Shown one piece after another: positions 46,741 through 56,245 of a DNA stretch of 64,000 bases (its first letter is position 1; the number at the start of each line of letters is the position of its first letter). This DNA comes from a virus. The notes beneath the pieces were generated by a model. It worked only from the letters and a program-made list of their open reading frames with translations. It made no database searches and had not been told where the DNA came from. The stretch lies in IMG/VR virus record IMGVR_UViG_3300020198_000002, positions 1 to 64,000 of that record. The stretch is one strand, 5' to 3'. Position numbers and translations under genes: made by a program.

Positions 46741-47523
46741 ATGGCAAGTTACAGTTCCTACAAGCAATTAGCACCAACACAGTATGATGATGGTATCTTT
46801 ACAGATGCAAAAATATCAAATGCAGCTTTTGCATCCTGGTGTGTTCAGTGGGTTTATGGGCAACCAGAGGTTCTTGCTAGTGGGTGTTGCTGCCTTTGGA
46901 CAGTTCCTGCTGGTGTATCAAGAGTAACTTTTGAACTTTGGGGATCTGGTGGTAATGGTCATGGATCTTGTTCCTGGGACCGCTGCCATCACTTTAGAGG
47001 TGCTGGTGGTGGATATTACAACACAAAAACAATCACCACTGCAGCTGGGTGTCAGTACACTGTTTGTGCTGCTGGTGTATATCCTTGTTGTTCTTTTGAA
47101 TGTGTTGGCTGTAACGGATGTTCATCTTATGTGAATGGATATAACTTGAGCAACTTCTGTGCAATTGGTGGATACCGTGGCGAAGCTAATACTGCCTGGA
47201 ACACAGCGTGCAATAGTGTTTATGAGTGTTGTTTAGGTCCTGGTGATAATGGTGGAGACTTTGGTATGGGTAACCACTCTGGAAACTTTGGTTGGCACGC
47301 GAGTAACTGCCATTGTCATTGTGTTGGAACAGCCCCTTCAGCAGCTCCTTTCATTGGGGGGGATAGTCAACAACAACTTCATGAATGCTGGATTCGTCAT
47401 GGTTGTTGGACTGTTCCAGCTGGATATGGTGGTATGGGAGCGATGACCACTTATTGTGGAAACTGGGATAATGGTTATGGAAATACTGGTGGTAGTGGTC
47501 TAGTTAAAATTACTTACGTTTAA
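46741..47523 (+). CDS. Cys/Gly-rich adhesin-like protein 3 (260 aa)
   Basis: Paralogue of 45108 and 45917. Confidence 0.75.
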   Translation: MASYSSYKQLAPTQYDDGIFTDAKISNAAFASWCVQWVYGQPEVLASGCCCLWTVPAGVSRVTFELWGSGGNGHGSCSWDRCHHFRGAGGGYYNTKTITTAAGCQYTVCAAGVYPCCSFECVGCNGCSSYVNGYNLSNFCAIGGYRGEANTAWNTACNSVYECCLGPGDNGGDFGMGNHSGNFGWHASNCHCHCVGTAPSAAPFIGGDSQQQLHECWIRHGCWTVPAGYGGMGAMTTYCGNWDNGYGNTGGSGLVKITYV

Positions 47524-47547
47524 TTTTAATATAAACAAAAAACTAGG

Positions 47548-47578
47548 TGAGTTGGAGTACAATCCGACTCATTTTTTT
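47548..47578 (+). terminator. intrinsic terminator
   Basis: TGAGTTGGA-GTACAA-TCCGACTCA then T7. Confidence 0.8.
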
Positions 47579-47588
47579 GTGTGATTAT

Positions 47589-47596
47589 TATAAATA
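47589..47596 (+). promoter_or_regulatory. T4-type late promoter
   Basis: Exact TATAAATA upstream of ATG 47630. Confidence 0.8.
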
Positions 47597-47629
47597 ATAT
47601 CGAAGGATAGTTAACCTGGACAAATAACG

Positions 47630-48508
47630 ATGGCAACAAAAATTATTAAAGTAGAGTTTGATCTACCTCTTCCAAATGAGTACCTTGTAGATCATGGATA
47701 TGATAAAGGAAATTCAAGAAAATACACATATCATGGGCCAGATAAAATATATTTACAAATTGGCCAGGATGGCAGCGAAAAATATGGCCCACTCACCGAA
47801 GATGACATTGCAGATGGTCGTCCTCAACCCCTTGATGTCGTAGAGTGGTTTGAAGTTGATTGCACCAAATACCCTCTTGTTTGCCAACTAAGAGGTCCCA
47901 TCGTAAATGAGTCGCAGGAAATTTCTGGACCTATTGGTCCAGACGGGAAAACACCGAATCCACAAAAAGGTGCAGCTGCCGGGTCTGTTAAGGCACATCC
48001 ACAATCACCAGATCTGGATGGATATGAGCGGTATGTATATAGTTTGCCCATCCTTCCAAAATTTATTCATGATCCTCTTTCCGTAAAAGTAGTTGATGGT
48101 GTTCCCGTTGTAAGACCATTTACGGTAAACGAGTGTGTATTAGGAGTTGATAGAGAATTTACTATCACTGATTTGAGAATTCATAGAAACCAAATGTTAA
48201 ATGCTTCAGATTCTAGCATTTCATCGGATATGCCAGAATTTGCAGTAAATGCATTTAAGACATTTAGACAGGGTTTACGAGATTGGCCAGATTTGGTGGA
48301 AACCAAAAAGATTCCAGTACATATTGCCTTAAAAATGGCTCCTATCCATCCAGATACAAATACTCCTAATGTTGGAGTAGGCGCATATGCTGCAGCTGCT
48401 GCTGGTGATGCACGAGCTGCAGAGATTAAATCAAGACAGGAGGAACTTAGAGAATTGGCTGAGGAAGAAGGCCGTAAACAGATGGAAAGAGCGAAGTATA
48501 AGGGATAA
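47630..48508 (+). CDS. tail fibre assembly chaperone-like protein (292 aa)
   Basis: LR..RNQML..SD.....DMP.....F..FRQ.LRD.P motif of phage tail assembly chaperones. Confidence 0.65.
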   Translation: MATKIIKVEFDLPLPNEYLVDHGYDKGNSRKYTYHGPDKIYLQIGQDGSEKYGPLTEDDIADGRPQPLDVVEWFEVDCTKYPLVCQLRGPIVNESQEISGPIGPDGKTPNPQKGAAAGSVKAHPQSPDLDGYERYVYSLPILPKFIHDPLSVKVVDGVPVVRPFTVNECVLGVDREFTITDLRIHRNQMLNASDSSISSDMPEFAVNAFKTFRQGLRDWPDLVETKKIPVHIALKMAPIHPDTNTPNVGVGAYAAAAAGDARAAEIKSRQEELRELAEEEGRKQMERAKYKG

Positions 48509-48524
48509 TAATTACATAGTTAAA

Positions 48525-48546
48525 AGGGGGGGTCAATGACCCCCCT
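48525..48546 (+). terminator. GC-rich hairpin (terminator or processing site)
   Basis: GGGGGGTC-AAT-GACCCCCC; no clear U-tract on +; CTAAATA late-like motif overlaps its 3' end. Confidence 0.55.
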
Positions 48547-48583
48547 AAATAGTTTTAAGTTGAATTTGATATTTTAAATTCTC

Positions 48584-49729
48584 ATGAGATCTAAAGCATT
48601 TTTTATTAACGGCGGCGCCGGTAGAGTAATTTGTTCTATTCCTGCATTTGAAAAGTATGCAGAAACACATGAAGATTTTATTATCGTGTGTGAAGGGGGA
48701 ACCGATTTTTTCAAAGGACATCCAATATTACACAATAAAGTTTACGACAATTGGCACAAGGGACTATTCGAAGATCAACTGATTCATAGAGATCTTATTA
48801 GTCCAGAACCATATAGAAATTGGCATTATTACAATCAAAAGTGCAGTCTTTCTCAAGCTTTTGACATCATTATTAACGATCTGGATGATCCTAGGGAACT
48901 TCCAGATCCAACATTAAACCTCACTAAAATGGAGGTTTGTACAGCTCAAAATATACTAAAAGAAATTAAATCTGGTACAGGAAAAGATAAAGTTGTAATC
49001 ATACAACCTTTTGGTAGATCAGTACAATCTCTAGAAGATTTTATTGTTGACCCCACTTCAAGAAGTATGAATTTGGTCAATACTATTGATATTATTAATG
49101 ACCTTAAAAAAGATTATTCGATAATTATTATGAGTGAAATTCATTTTCCTCTTGAAGAAAACGAAGATAAATCAAAATATAAGGTTGCTAGACCCCAAAT
49201 TGAAGATGTTCGACTTTGGGCCGCATTAATTGAAGGTGCAGATCATTTCATTGGATGCGATAGTGTAGGACAACATATTGCAAAAGCCGTTGGTACGACA
49301 GCAACGATTATTATTGGATCAACTTTCCCAATCAATATTTCTTATCCAAATTTTTCTGGATTCGATATTATTGATATTGGAGATGGTAAGAGGAAGTATG
49401 ATCCAATCAGGGTTTCTATCGATGATGAAAGAACAAGATTTAACGATCAATCATGCGAAATGTCCAAAGAACAGGTTAAAATGGTAATTGAGTCCGCAAG
49501 AAAGAGATTGGGAAAATCAGTTGAATATAAACGACCCCAAATAGAACCAAAAAAACCCGATAGTTCTACTAATAATAATTCTGGATATCCAATTGTTCCA
49601 AGTCAACTACCAAGTTTAAAACCACAAAAATTGGAAATTCCCAACTCAATCCTCAGTTCCGCAAGTAAAACAAAAGTATCTAAGGGTTTTAAAGAAGAAG
49701 TAGAAAATTTGCTTAAGTCAACAAAATAA
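48584..49729 (+). CDS. GT9-like (heptosyltransferase-like) glycosyltransferase
   Basis: N-terminal GGAGRVICSIPA and WAALIEGADHFIGCDSVGQHIAKAVG.....I.GST, matching the GT9 DSG..H.A.A motif. Confidence 0.7.
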   Translation: MRSKAFFINGGAGRVICSIPAFEKYAETHEDFIIVCEGGTDFFKGHPILHNKVYDNWHKGLFEDQLIHRDLISPEPYRNWHYYNQKCSLSQAFDIIINDLDDPRELPDPTLNLTKMEVCTAQNILKEIKSGTGKDKVVIIQPFGRSVQSLEDFIVDPTSRSMNLVNTIDIINDLKKDYSIIIMSEIHFPLEENEDKSKYKVARPQIEDVRLWAALIEGADHFIGCDSVGQHIAKAVGTTATIIIGSTFPINISYPNFSGFDIIDIGDGKRKYDPIRVSIDDERTRFNDQSCEMSKEQVKMVIESARKRLGKSVEYKRPQIEPKKPDSSTNNNSGYPIVPSQLPSLKPQKLEIPNSILSSASKTKVSKGFKEEVENLLKSTK

Positions 49730-49743
49730 CAAGGAGATTTATT

Positions 49744-51546
49744 ATGGATCAATGGATTGCTGGTATAACCAGAGGTCACAATTCTGGTGTATGTTTGATT
49801 AAGAACGGCGAATTGGTATTTGCCATTGAAGAAGAAAGACTATCAAGAGCAAAGTATGATGGTGGACCTTTTGCAGCAATGATAAAGATCCTAGAATATA
49901 CCAACAGATTGGATTACCTCGTTGTAGCACATACGCAATCGTTAGTTCAAACTGCAGGCCGAGTTGATTTTAGTGGGGATGATGTCTATACTGGTTTGGC
50001 AAGAAAACTTGGATTAATAGACAGGAAATCCAAACTACAGGATCATCCACAAGTCATTGATTTAAGTAGAACTCACCACAAACTTCATGCTGCTTGTGCA
50101 TTCTATAGATCTGGATTTAAAGATGCTGTCGCATTAATTGTTGATGGTGCAGGAACATTCATCCAAATGAATATTGGTAATCAAGTAGAAACTACTTGGG
50201 AACTAGAAACCATTTTTGATTGTAAATATCCTGCAGATTTTAAAACACTCTATAAACATCAGGGTGGTAGAGGACCTTGGGGATCAGCAAGAATTGAAAA
50301 ATTCCCAAGTGATGGGGAAGGTGAGGAAGGAACTCACGAATTCGTTCTTGATGACAGTGCAGGTATCACAAAAGCATACGAAGCAGTAACGCAATACTGC
50401 GGTTGGGCTCCAATTGAGGCTGGTAAAACTATGGGACTATTCCCATACGGACAACCAAATGAAAAAATTCCAAAAATTTACTCTGATATTGGTGGAAATT
50501 CAAATTGGAAGACGGCAAACCGAGATGTAATTATTCCAACATATCCAAATGGTGCTCTAGTTAATGAAGGTAGATTTCCAGAATTGTACACACCAGAAAA
50601 CTTTGATGGGGATCTAACCCAATTAAAAAATAGAAGAGATATGGCTTATGCAATCCAAACCCAATCTCAATCAATGGTTTTGGATTTAATTAGAAAGGCC
50701 GTAAAAATTAGTGGCAAAAATAACGTTGTTATCTCAGGTGGTTATGCACTAAATTGTGTTGCAAATTACTGGTATCTAGAACAACTGAAAGACGAAGGAA
50801 TCAATCTATATGTAGAACCAGTTAGTAATGATGCGGGGACTGCAATTGGAGCTGCATATTTGCAATATTACAGAACAACAAATGATAATAAAATTAGAGA
50901 ACCACTTAAAACTTTATATTCTGGACCAATATACACGTACACAATCGAAGATATCGTAGATATTGCCGATAAGTATGGTGCTGATAGAGTATTTGAAGCA
51001 AGCAATGAAGATGTCGTTGAATTGATTTCTGATAAAAATATTGTTGCTCTCTTCCAAGGAAGATCGGAAGCTGGTCCTCGTGCTCTTGGTAATCGTTCCA
51101 TTCTTTATGATCCTCGTGATCCTGATGGAAAAGACCATGTGAATTCAATTAAACATAGGGAATATTTCCGACCATTCGCTGGATCTATTCTAAACGAACA
51201 TGTTCATGAATGGTTTGATCTTCGTGGAATGGAAGATACTCCTTTCATGATGTATGCTGTCAATTGTAAAGAAGGCATTGAGGAAAAAATTCCAGCGATC
51301 ATTCATGTTGATGGGACATGTAGAATTCAGACAGTAACAAAAGAAGAAAATAAGAACTATCATGATCTAATTGAGACATTTTACAAAAAAACTGGCTGTC
51401 CAATTATTTTCAATACGTCTTTCAACTTAGGTGGAGAACCACTAGTAGAAGATCTTGATGATGCTTGTCGCACTTTAGAAAACAGTCTAATCGAGTACTT
51501 ATATCTTCCAGAATATGGATTAATGATTGAGGTGAAAAATAAGTAA
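49744..51546 (+). CDS. carbamoyltransferase, NodU/CmcH family
   Basis: GHNS, EEERLSR.K, HH.LHA..AFY.S, DGAG, GKTMGL, SGG.ALNC.AN, E.GPRALGNRSIL, RE.FRPFA, HVDGTCR.QTV, NTSFN..GEP. Confidence 0.95.
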   Translation: MDQWIAGITRGHNSGVCLIKNGELVFAIEEERLSRAKYDGGPFAAMIKILEYTNRLDYLVVAHTQSLVQTAGRVDFSGDDVYTGLARKLGLIDRKSKLQDHPQVIDLSRTHHKLHAACAFYRSGFKDAVALIVDGAGTFIQMNIGNQVETTWELETIFDCKYPADFKTLYKHQGGRGPWGSARIEKFPSDGEGEEGTHEFVLDDSAGITKAYEAVTQYCGWAPIEAGKTMGLFPYGQPNEKIPKIYSDIGGNSNWKTANRDVIIPTYPNGALVNEGRFPELYTPENFDGDLTQLKNRRDMAYAIQTQSQSMVLDLIRKAVKISGKNNVVISGGYALNCVANYWYLEQLKDEGINLYVEPVSNDAGTAIGAAYLQYYRTTNDNKIREPLKTLYSGPIYTYTIEDIVDIADKYGADRVFEASNEDVVELISDKNIVALFQGRSEAGPRALGNRSILYDPRDPDGKDHVNSIKHREYFRPFAGSILNEHVHEWFDLRGMEDTPFMMYAVNCKEGIEEKIPAIIHVDGTCRIQTVTKEENKNYHDLIETFYKKTGCPIIFNTSFNLGGEPLVEDLDDACRTLENSLIEYLYLPEYGLMIEVKNK

Positions 51547-53066
51547 TGCAAAGAAAAGCCAAATCAATAACCATTGTTGGTGGTGGTAGTTCTGCGTGGT
51601 TAACTGCAGCACTTTTAAATAATAGTATTAAAAAATATAGAGAAATCTACGTTATTGATAAAGAAGTAGGCACTCCAGTTGGAGTGGGAGAAGCTACAAT
51701 CCTAAGTTTCAAAAAATTTATGGATGATTGTGGATTCTCTATCCTAGATTGGTTCAGTGAAATATCAGCAACTTTCAAAGGTGGTATTTTATTTGAGAAT
51801 TGGCTTGGAAAAGAAAATCATGTTTGGCATCCATTTGCATTTCCAGATTTCCAATATAATCAAACAACAATGTTGGAACATTGGTCAAATTGTCAAGAAT
51901 TAGATTTTAAAACACATTCTCTTGTCCACTATAATGTTTGCACAAAAGACCAAAAAATAGATCCAGATAACATAGGAATCTATGCATTTCATATTGATGC
52001 TGCACTACTAGTCAAATACATCAAATCAAGAATTGTTGGAAATGGAGTGACATTCATACAATCTGAAGTAAAAGGTATTGTCAGGGACGATAATGGTTAT
52101 GTTACAGAATTGGTTTTAAACAATGGGGAAGTTCATAAGTCAGATTTGTTTGTTGATTGTACTGGATTCAATGGACTATTAAAAGAAAAGAATGATAGAG
52201 TTGATTTAAGTGACAGACTATTCTGTGATACTGCAGTTTGCACTCAAGTTCCATATTTGAATAGAGAGATTGAACTCAAACCATACACTGGATGTGATGC
52301 AGTAGATCATGGATGGATTTGGAAAATTCCAGTAAAGAATAGAATTGGTTCTGGTTTAGTTTTTAATAGATCAGTTACTGATATTGAAGAGGCAAAAGAG
52401 TACTTTGTTAAATATTGGGACAATAGGATTACCAAAGAAGAACTAAAAGTTCTGGATTGGACACCTTTCTACAATAAAAACTTCTGGGAAAAAAATATTG
52501 TTTCCGTTGGACTTGCTGCTGGATTCATTGAACCTTTGGAAAGTACTGGTATTGGACTTGCTTGTGCAGGAGCATGGGGATTATTGAATCGAATTAAAAC
52601 AACAGAATTTGATTCACATGATATCGATTTTTATAATGCAGAACTAAAATGTTTCTTTGAAAACTGCATAGATTTTGTCAATATGCATTATTCAAAATCT
52701 AAGAAAGAAGGTAAATTCTGGGAGTGGGTACATCAAACTTATAAACCAACCGAAAAATTCTCATATCACATTGATGAGATGAAATCGAACACGATTGATA
52801 TTGTTGACGAAGGGAAAGAAATGTTTTCTTTTAACAACTGGATGTGTTGGATGATTCAATTGGGTCATGAAATTTCGCCAAAAATTAGATCAAACTCAGT
52901 TCAAAATTCTGAAGATCTGGTTAAAGATTTCTATTCTAATGAAAAAAATAAGTATGATTACTTACCTACAGCTTCGGTATACAATGACTACTTTAACGCA
53001 CTAACTACACTCACAAAAGAAGTGATAAATCCGTATAAGAACAATGAAAAGACCAAACTTTATTAA
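51546..53066 (+). CDS. flavin-dependent tryptophan halogenase family (PrnA-like)
   Basis: IVGGGSS, GVGEAT, ATFK (catalytic Lys position), FVDCTGF, GWIWKIP, GFIEPLESTG. Confidence 0.9.
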   Translation: MQRKAKSITIVGGGSSAWLTAALLNNSIKKYREIYVIDKEVGTPVGVGEATILSFKKFMDDCGFSILDWFSEISATFKGGILFENWLGKENHVWHPFAFPDFQYNQTTMLEHWSNCQELDFKTHSLVHYNVCTKDQKIDPDNIGIYAFHIDAALLVKYIKSRIVGNGVTFIQSEVKGIVRDDNGYVTELVLNNGEVHKSDLFVDCTGFNGLLKEKNDRVDLSDRLFCDTAVCTQVPYLNREIELKPYTGCDAVDHGWIWKIPVKNRIGSGLVFNRSVTDIEEAKEYFVKYWDNRITKEELKVLDWTPFYNKNFWEKNIVSVGLAAGFIEPLESTGIGLACAGAWGLLNRIKTTEFDSHDIDFYNAELKCFFENCIDFVNMHYSKSKKEGKFWEWVHQTYKPTEKFSYHIDEMKSNTIDIVDEGKEMFSFNNWMCWMIQLGHEISPKIRSNSVQNSEDLVKDFYSNEKNKYDYLPTASVYNDYFNALTTLTKEVINPYKNNEKTKLY

Positions 53067-53769
53067 TGAATCCGAAGTATTTGCAATAAACCCAGGACTT
53101 GAAGCTTCTGTACATGTAATTGGACCAGAAGAAGTAAAAGTAGTCGTTATTGAAAATTTTTATTTAAATCCAGATTTGGTAAGAGAATTGGCGTTAACAA
53201 TTCCGCCAACAGAAAATTCAAAAATTTTAGCAGGATCTCCTGGAACTAGGGTTTTTGGACATTATAATTTTGTTAGTATGTTCCCCATCTTTCAACATAT
53301 TTTTAGAAACGTATATCCTGAGGTGACAAAAGAAGTAACAGACGAAGAAATGAAGTCCAGTATCTGCAATACTCCATTCTGTGTAAATATCAGTCAGTCT
53401 GACAAGATGCCTCCTGTTGTTCCCCATATTGATGATGAAGATAGAATGTTATTTGCTGGAGCTTTATACCTCAATAAACCCGATGAGTGTTCTGGTGGAA
53501 CATCTTTTTACATGTTAGATGGAAAACAACAAGTAACAAATACATATGTTGGTGATTGGTTGAAAAAAAATAATCATACAAATTTTTATACTCATTACTT
53601 AACTGACAGTGAAGATGATTGGGATCTTTTATCTGTTGCAGAAATGAAGTATAATAGATTAATAATTTATCCTGGAAACGTTCTGCATACTGCATACGTA
53701 AAACCAGAAATGTTTACAGATGACAAATATAGACTAGTCCAGATGTTTTTTATAGCACTTAAATCATAA
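53044..53769 (+). CDS. DUF6445-like 2OG-Fe(II) oxygenase-fold protein
   Basis: VVIENFY.NPD.VR, PHID, YLN....SGGTSFY, MKYNRLIIYPG..LH, RL.Q.FF. Confidence 0.75.
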   Translation: MKRPNFINESEVFAINPGLEASVHVIGPEEVKVVVIENFYLNPDLVRELALTIPPTENSKILAGSPGTRVFGHYNFVSMFPIFQHIFRNVYPEVTKEVTDEEMKSSICNTPFCVNISQSDKMPPVVPHIDDEDRMLFAGALYLNKPDECSGGTSFYMLDGKQQVTNTYVGDWLKKNNHTNFYTHYLTDSEDDWDLLSVAEMKYNRLIIYPGNVLHTAYVKPEMFTDDKYRLVQMFFIALKS

Positions 53770-54485
53770 TGAGTTTTACTTCTAGATTTCCATCAATTTG
53801 TATTGATGGATTTTATTCCGAACCAGATGAAATCGTCAAATGGGCTTCATCTTTAGAATATAATAAAGACCCCAAGTCTGGATGGCCTGGTTGGAGAACT
53901 CCGCCACTATCCACTATTGATTATCAATTTGATGATCAATTTAGTAAAAAATTAATGGGAGTATTTTTTGATCTAGATCGAGATTGGGTTAGTTGGGAGA
54001 TACAAACTCATTTCCAAATTATAAAACCATTTTCTGGTGATAAAAATGATCCAAGGAATTGGGGTTGGGTTCATCAGGATTCTGATGGTGTTTATGATTT
54101 GGTAAAAGGATTTGAACCAATGAAATGCGAGTACGCAGGAATTTTATATTTAACTCCAGAGGCAGATTTGGACACTGGTACATCTATTTTTAGATCAAAA
54201 GTAAAAGATCCAGACACAAAACAGCCTTTCAAAAAAGAACTATTTTCTGGAGAAGAAATTGAGTTTGAAAAATATAAAGAAGGTATGATTAATGCTAGAT
54301 CTCAATTTGAAGAGACAATACGTTACTGCAATGTATACAATAGATTAATTGCATTTGAAGCGTCAAATTACCATGCAGCAATGAACTTCAAAATGGATTC
54401 CGATAAGATTAGATTGACTCAAGTATTTTTTATAAAAAATATTAAAACACAGGTCAATCCAATTCTAAGAGGATTTTTAAGATGA
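53769..54485 (+). CDS. DUF6445-like 2OG-Fe(II) oxygenase-fold protein
   Basis: DGFY.EPD, WPG.RT, GWVHQD, AGILYLTP....GTS, NVYNRL......HAA, RLTQVFF. Confidence 0.75.
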   Translation: MSFTSRFPSICIDGFYSEPDEIVKWASSLEYNKDPKSGWPGWRTPPLSTIDYQFDDQFSKKLMGVFFDLDRDWVSWEIQTHFQIIKPFSGDKNDPRNWGWVHQDSDGVYDLVKGFEPMKCEYAGILYLTPEADLDTGTSIFRSKVKDPDTKQPFKKELFSGEEIEFEKYKEGMINARSQFEETIRYCNVYNRLIAFEASNYHAAMNFKMDSDKIRLTQVFFIKNIKTQVNPILRGFLR

Positions 54486-55273
54486 AAAAAAATTTTATTA
54501 ATGAGGATGAAGTTTTTGCCTTGAATGAAGGATTGGAAGCAAAAGTTTATACTATAGGTCCAGAAAAAGCCAAAATAACCTATGTTGATAATTTTTATAA
54601 AAATCCAGATTTGGTTAGGGACCTTGCGTTAACAATTCCACCAACAAGGAATCCAATTATTATGGCTGGAGCTCCTGGATCTAGAGTCGATGCGTATTAT
54701 AATTTTTCCCCCATGTCTCCATTTTTTCATTATATTTTTAGAAATGTTTACGGAGATATAGTTAAAGATATATCTGATGAAAAAATTTATGATTCCATGA
54801 AAGGAGTCACTTTTTGCGTAAATGTAACTCAATCAGACATTCTCAATCCAATTGTCCCACATGTAGATGATACTGGAGACCTACTTTTTGCAGCAACCGT
54901 ATATCTCAATAAACCAGAAGAATGTGCGGGAGGAACTTCCTTTTATACTTTAGAAGGAGAACAGCGAAGTAGTGCAGATAAAATTGATGCATGGTTAAAA
55001 AAAGTAGGCAAGTATCCATACTATGATAATTATATTACTGACAGTGAATCTGACTGGGAAATGATTCATTTGGCTGAAATGCAGTATAATAGGTTTGTAA
55101 TCTATCCAGCAAATATTTTACACACAGGATATATAAAACCAGAAATGTTTACTGGAGACACTCATCGTTTAGTCCAGATGTTCTTTGTTTTTCTTGGCGG
55201 ACCAGGATCATTCTTACCAGTGAATCATAATGAATATAAAAAATACTTAGAGAATAAAGATGCATCTAGTTAA
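54482..55273 (+). CDS. DUF6445-like 2OG-Fe(II) oxygenase-fold protein, paralogue of 53044
   Basis: Collinear with 53044: NPDLVR.LALTIPPT, PHVDD, YLNKP.EC.GGTSFY, LHT.Y.KPEMFT.D..RLVQMFF. Confidence 0.75.
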   Translation: MKKNFINEDEVFALNEGLEAKVYTIGPEKAKITYVDNFYKNPDLVRDLALTIPPTRNPIIMAGAPGSRVDAYYNFSPMSPFFHYIFRNVYGDIVKDISDEKIYDSMKGVTFCVNVTQSDILNPIVPHVDDTGDLLFAATVYLNKPEECAGGTSFYTLEGEQRSSADKIDAWLKKVGKYPYYDNYITDSESDWEMIHLAEMQYNRFVIYPANILHTGYIKPEMFTGDTHRLVQMFFVFLGGPGSFLPVNHNEYKKYLENKDASS

Positions 55274-55847
55274 GGCTTTTGAAAATTTTATTTCTATAGA
55301 AGAAAAAAATATTTTAAACAAATGGACTCTTGCGAATTATAATCAAGATTATTTTATTGACCCAAGAATGGATTCTCGGGGATTAAAAAGAACGAAGTTA
55401 ACAACTAGGTTTGCTACTCCATTAGTTACACCATCATTATTTGTAAGTTCAAACTCAAATTTTGAGTATCCGAGTTTAGTATACAACATACAAAGAAGAA
55501 TAATATATACCTTTGGATTTAATGAATATGGTTTGTCTCCAGTTGGCAAGAATGGTATAATTACAGAAATAGGTTTTAAGGGAGGAACTGTACATCCACA
55601 TATTGATCCAGTTTGGATTGAAAATACGGATACTATTCATTGCAATATAATAACACAAAAACCAAAATCTGGTGGAATTACATATATTGAAAATGAACCG
55701 TGGGAGGTTAATGAAACTGATCTTCTGATGTATGTTGTATCTTCGGCAGAACATAAGGTAGATGAAATCATTGGGGACAAAAATAGAATATTATGGATTT
55801 TTAGTTTTATCTTATCAAAAAATGATGCGGAGAAAATTTTATCATGA
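55260..55847 (+). CDS. 2OG-Fe(II) oxygenase superfamily protein
   Basis: H.H.D (HPHID), GG, distal H (EHKV) and R (NRILW). Confidence 0.7.
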   Translation: MHLVKAFENFISIEEKNILNKWTLANYNQDYFIDPRMDSRGLKRTKLTTRFATPLVTPSLFVSSNSNFEYPSLVYNIQRRIIYTFGFNEYGLSPVGKNGIITEIGFKGGTVHPHIDPVWIENTDTIHCNIITQKPKSGGITYIENEPWEVNETDLLMYVVSSAEHKVDEIIGDKNRILWIFSFILSKNDAEKILS

Positions 55848-56245
55848 AAACAGTTTTTGTTAATGGTACTTTCGATATCCTGCACCCAGGACATATAGAA
55901 CTTTTCAAAGTTGCTAAATCTTTGGGAGATAGGGTCATTGTCGCAACGGATAGTGACGAAAAAATTCGTAGGGATAAAGGACCAAATAAACCCATTAATG
56001 ATCTATGTCACAGAGTTTCTATGCTCCAATCAATTAGATACATAGATATGGTTCTATATTTTAATACTAAAGAAGAGTTGGAATCAATTATAAAATTATA
56101 CCAACCAGACATTCTTCTTTTGGGAAATGATTGGGAGAATGGAGTAGTAATTGGAAAAGAATTTGCAAAATCCGTAAGATTTTTTCCTAGGGTTGGAAAT
56201 TATTCTACTAGTAATATTGTTAATAAGATCAAAAATCATGAGTAA
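55844..56245 (+). CDS. HldE/RfaE domain II nucleotidyltransferase (heptose-1-P adenylyltransferase-like)
   Basis: GTFDILHPGH (HxGH), SDE....KG..KPIN....R, STS.I. Confidence 0.88.
   Translation: MKTVFVNGTFDILHPGHIELFKVAKSLGDRVIVATDSDEKIRRDKGPNKPINDLCHRVSMLQSIRYIDMVLYFNTKEELESIIKLYQPDILLLGNDWENGVVIGKEFAKSVRFFPRVGNYSTSNIVNKIKNHE

Noticed and set aside
40333-47523. Diversity-generating retroelement (Mtd-like domain, near-identical repeats in adhesin genes)
   Set aside because: No reverse transcriptase in the window, no non-coding template repeat, and paralogue differences are not confined to adenines. The Mtd N-terminal domain is a common fibre module.
45108-47523. RiPP precursor peptides for the adjacent enzymes
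   Set aside because: The 260-aa proteins have a glycine-rich fibre-tip architecture, not leader/core peptides; no peptidase or transporter nearby.
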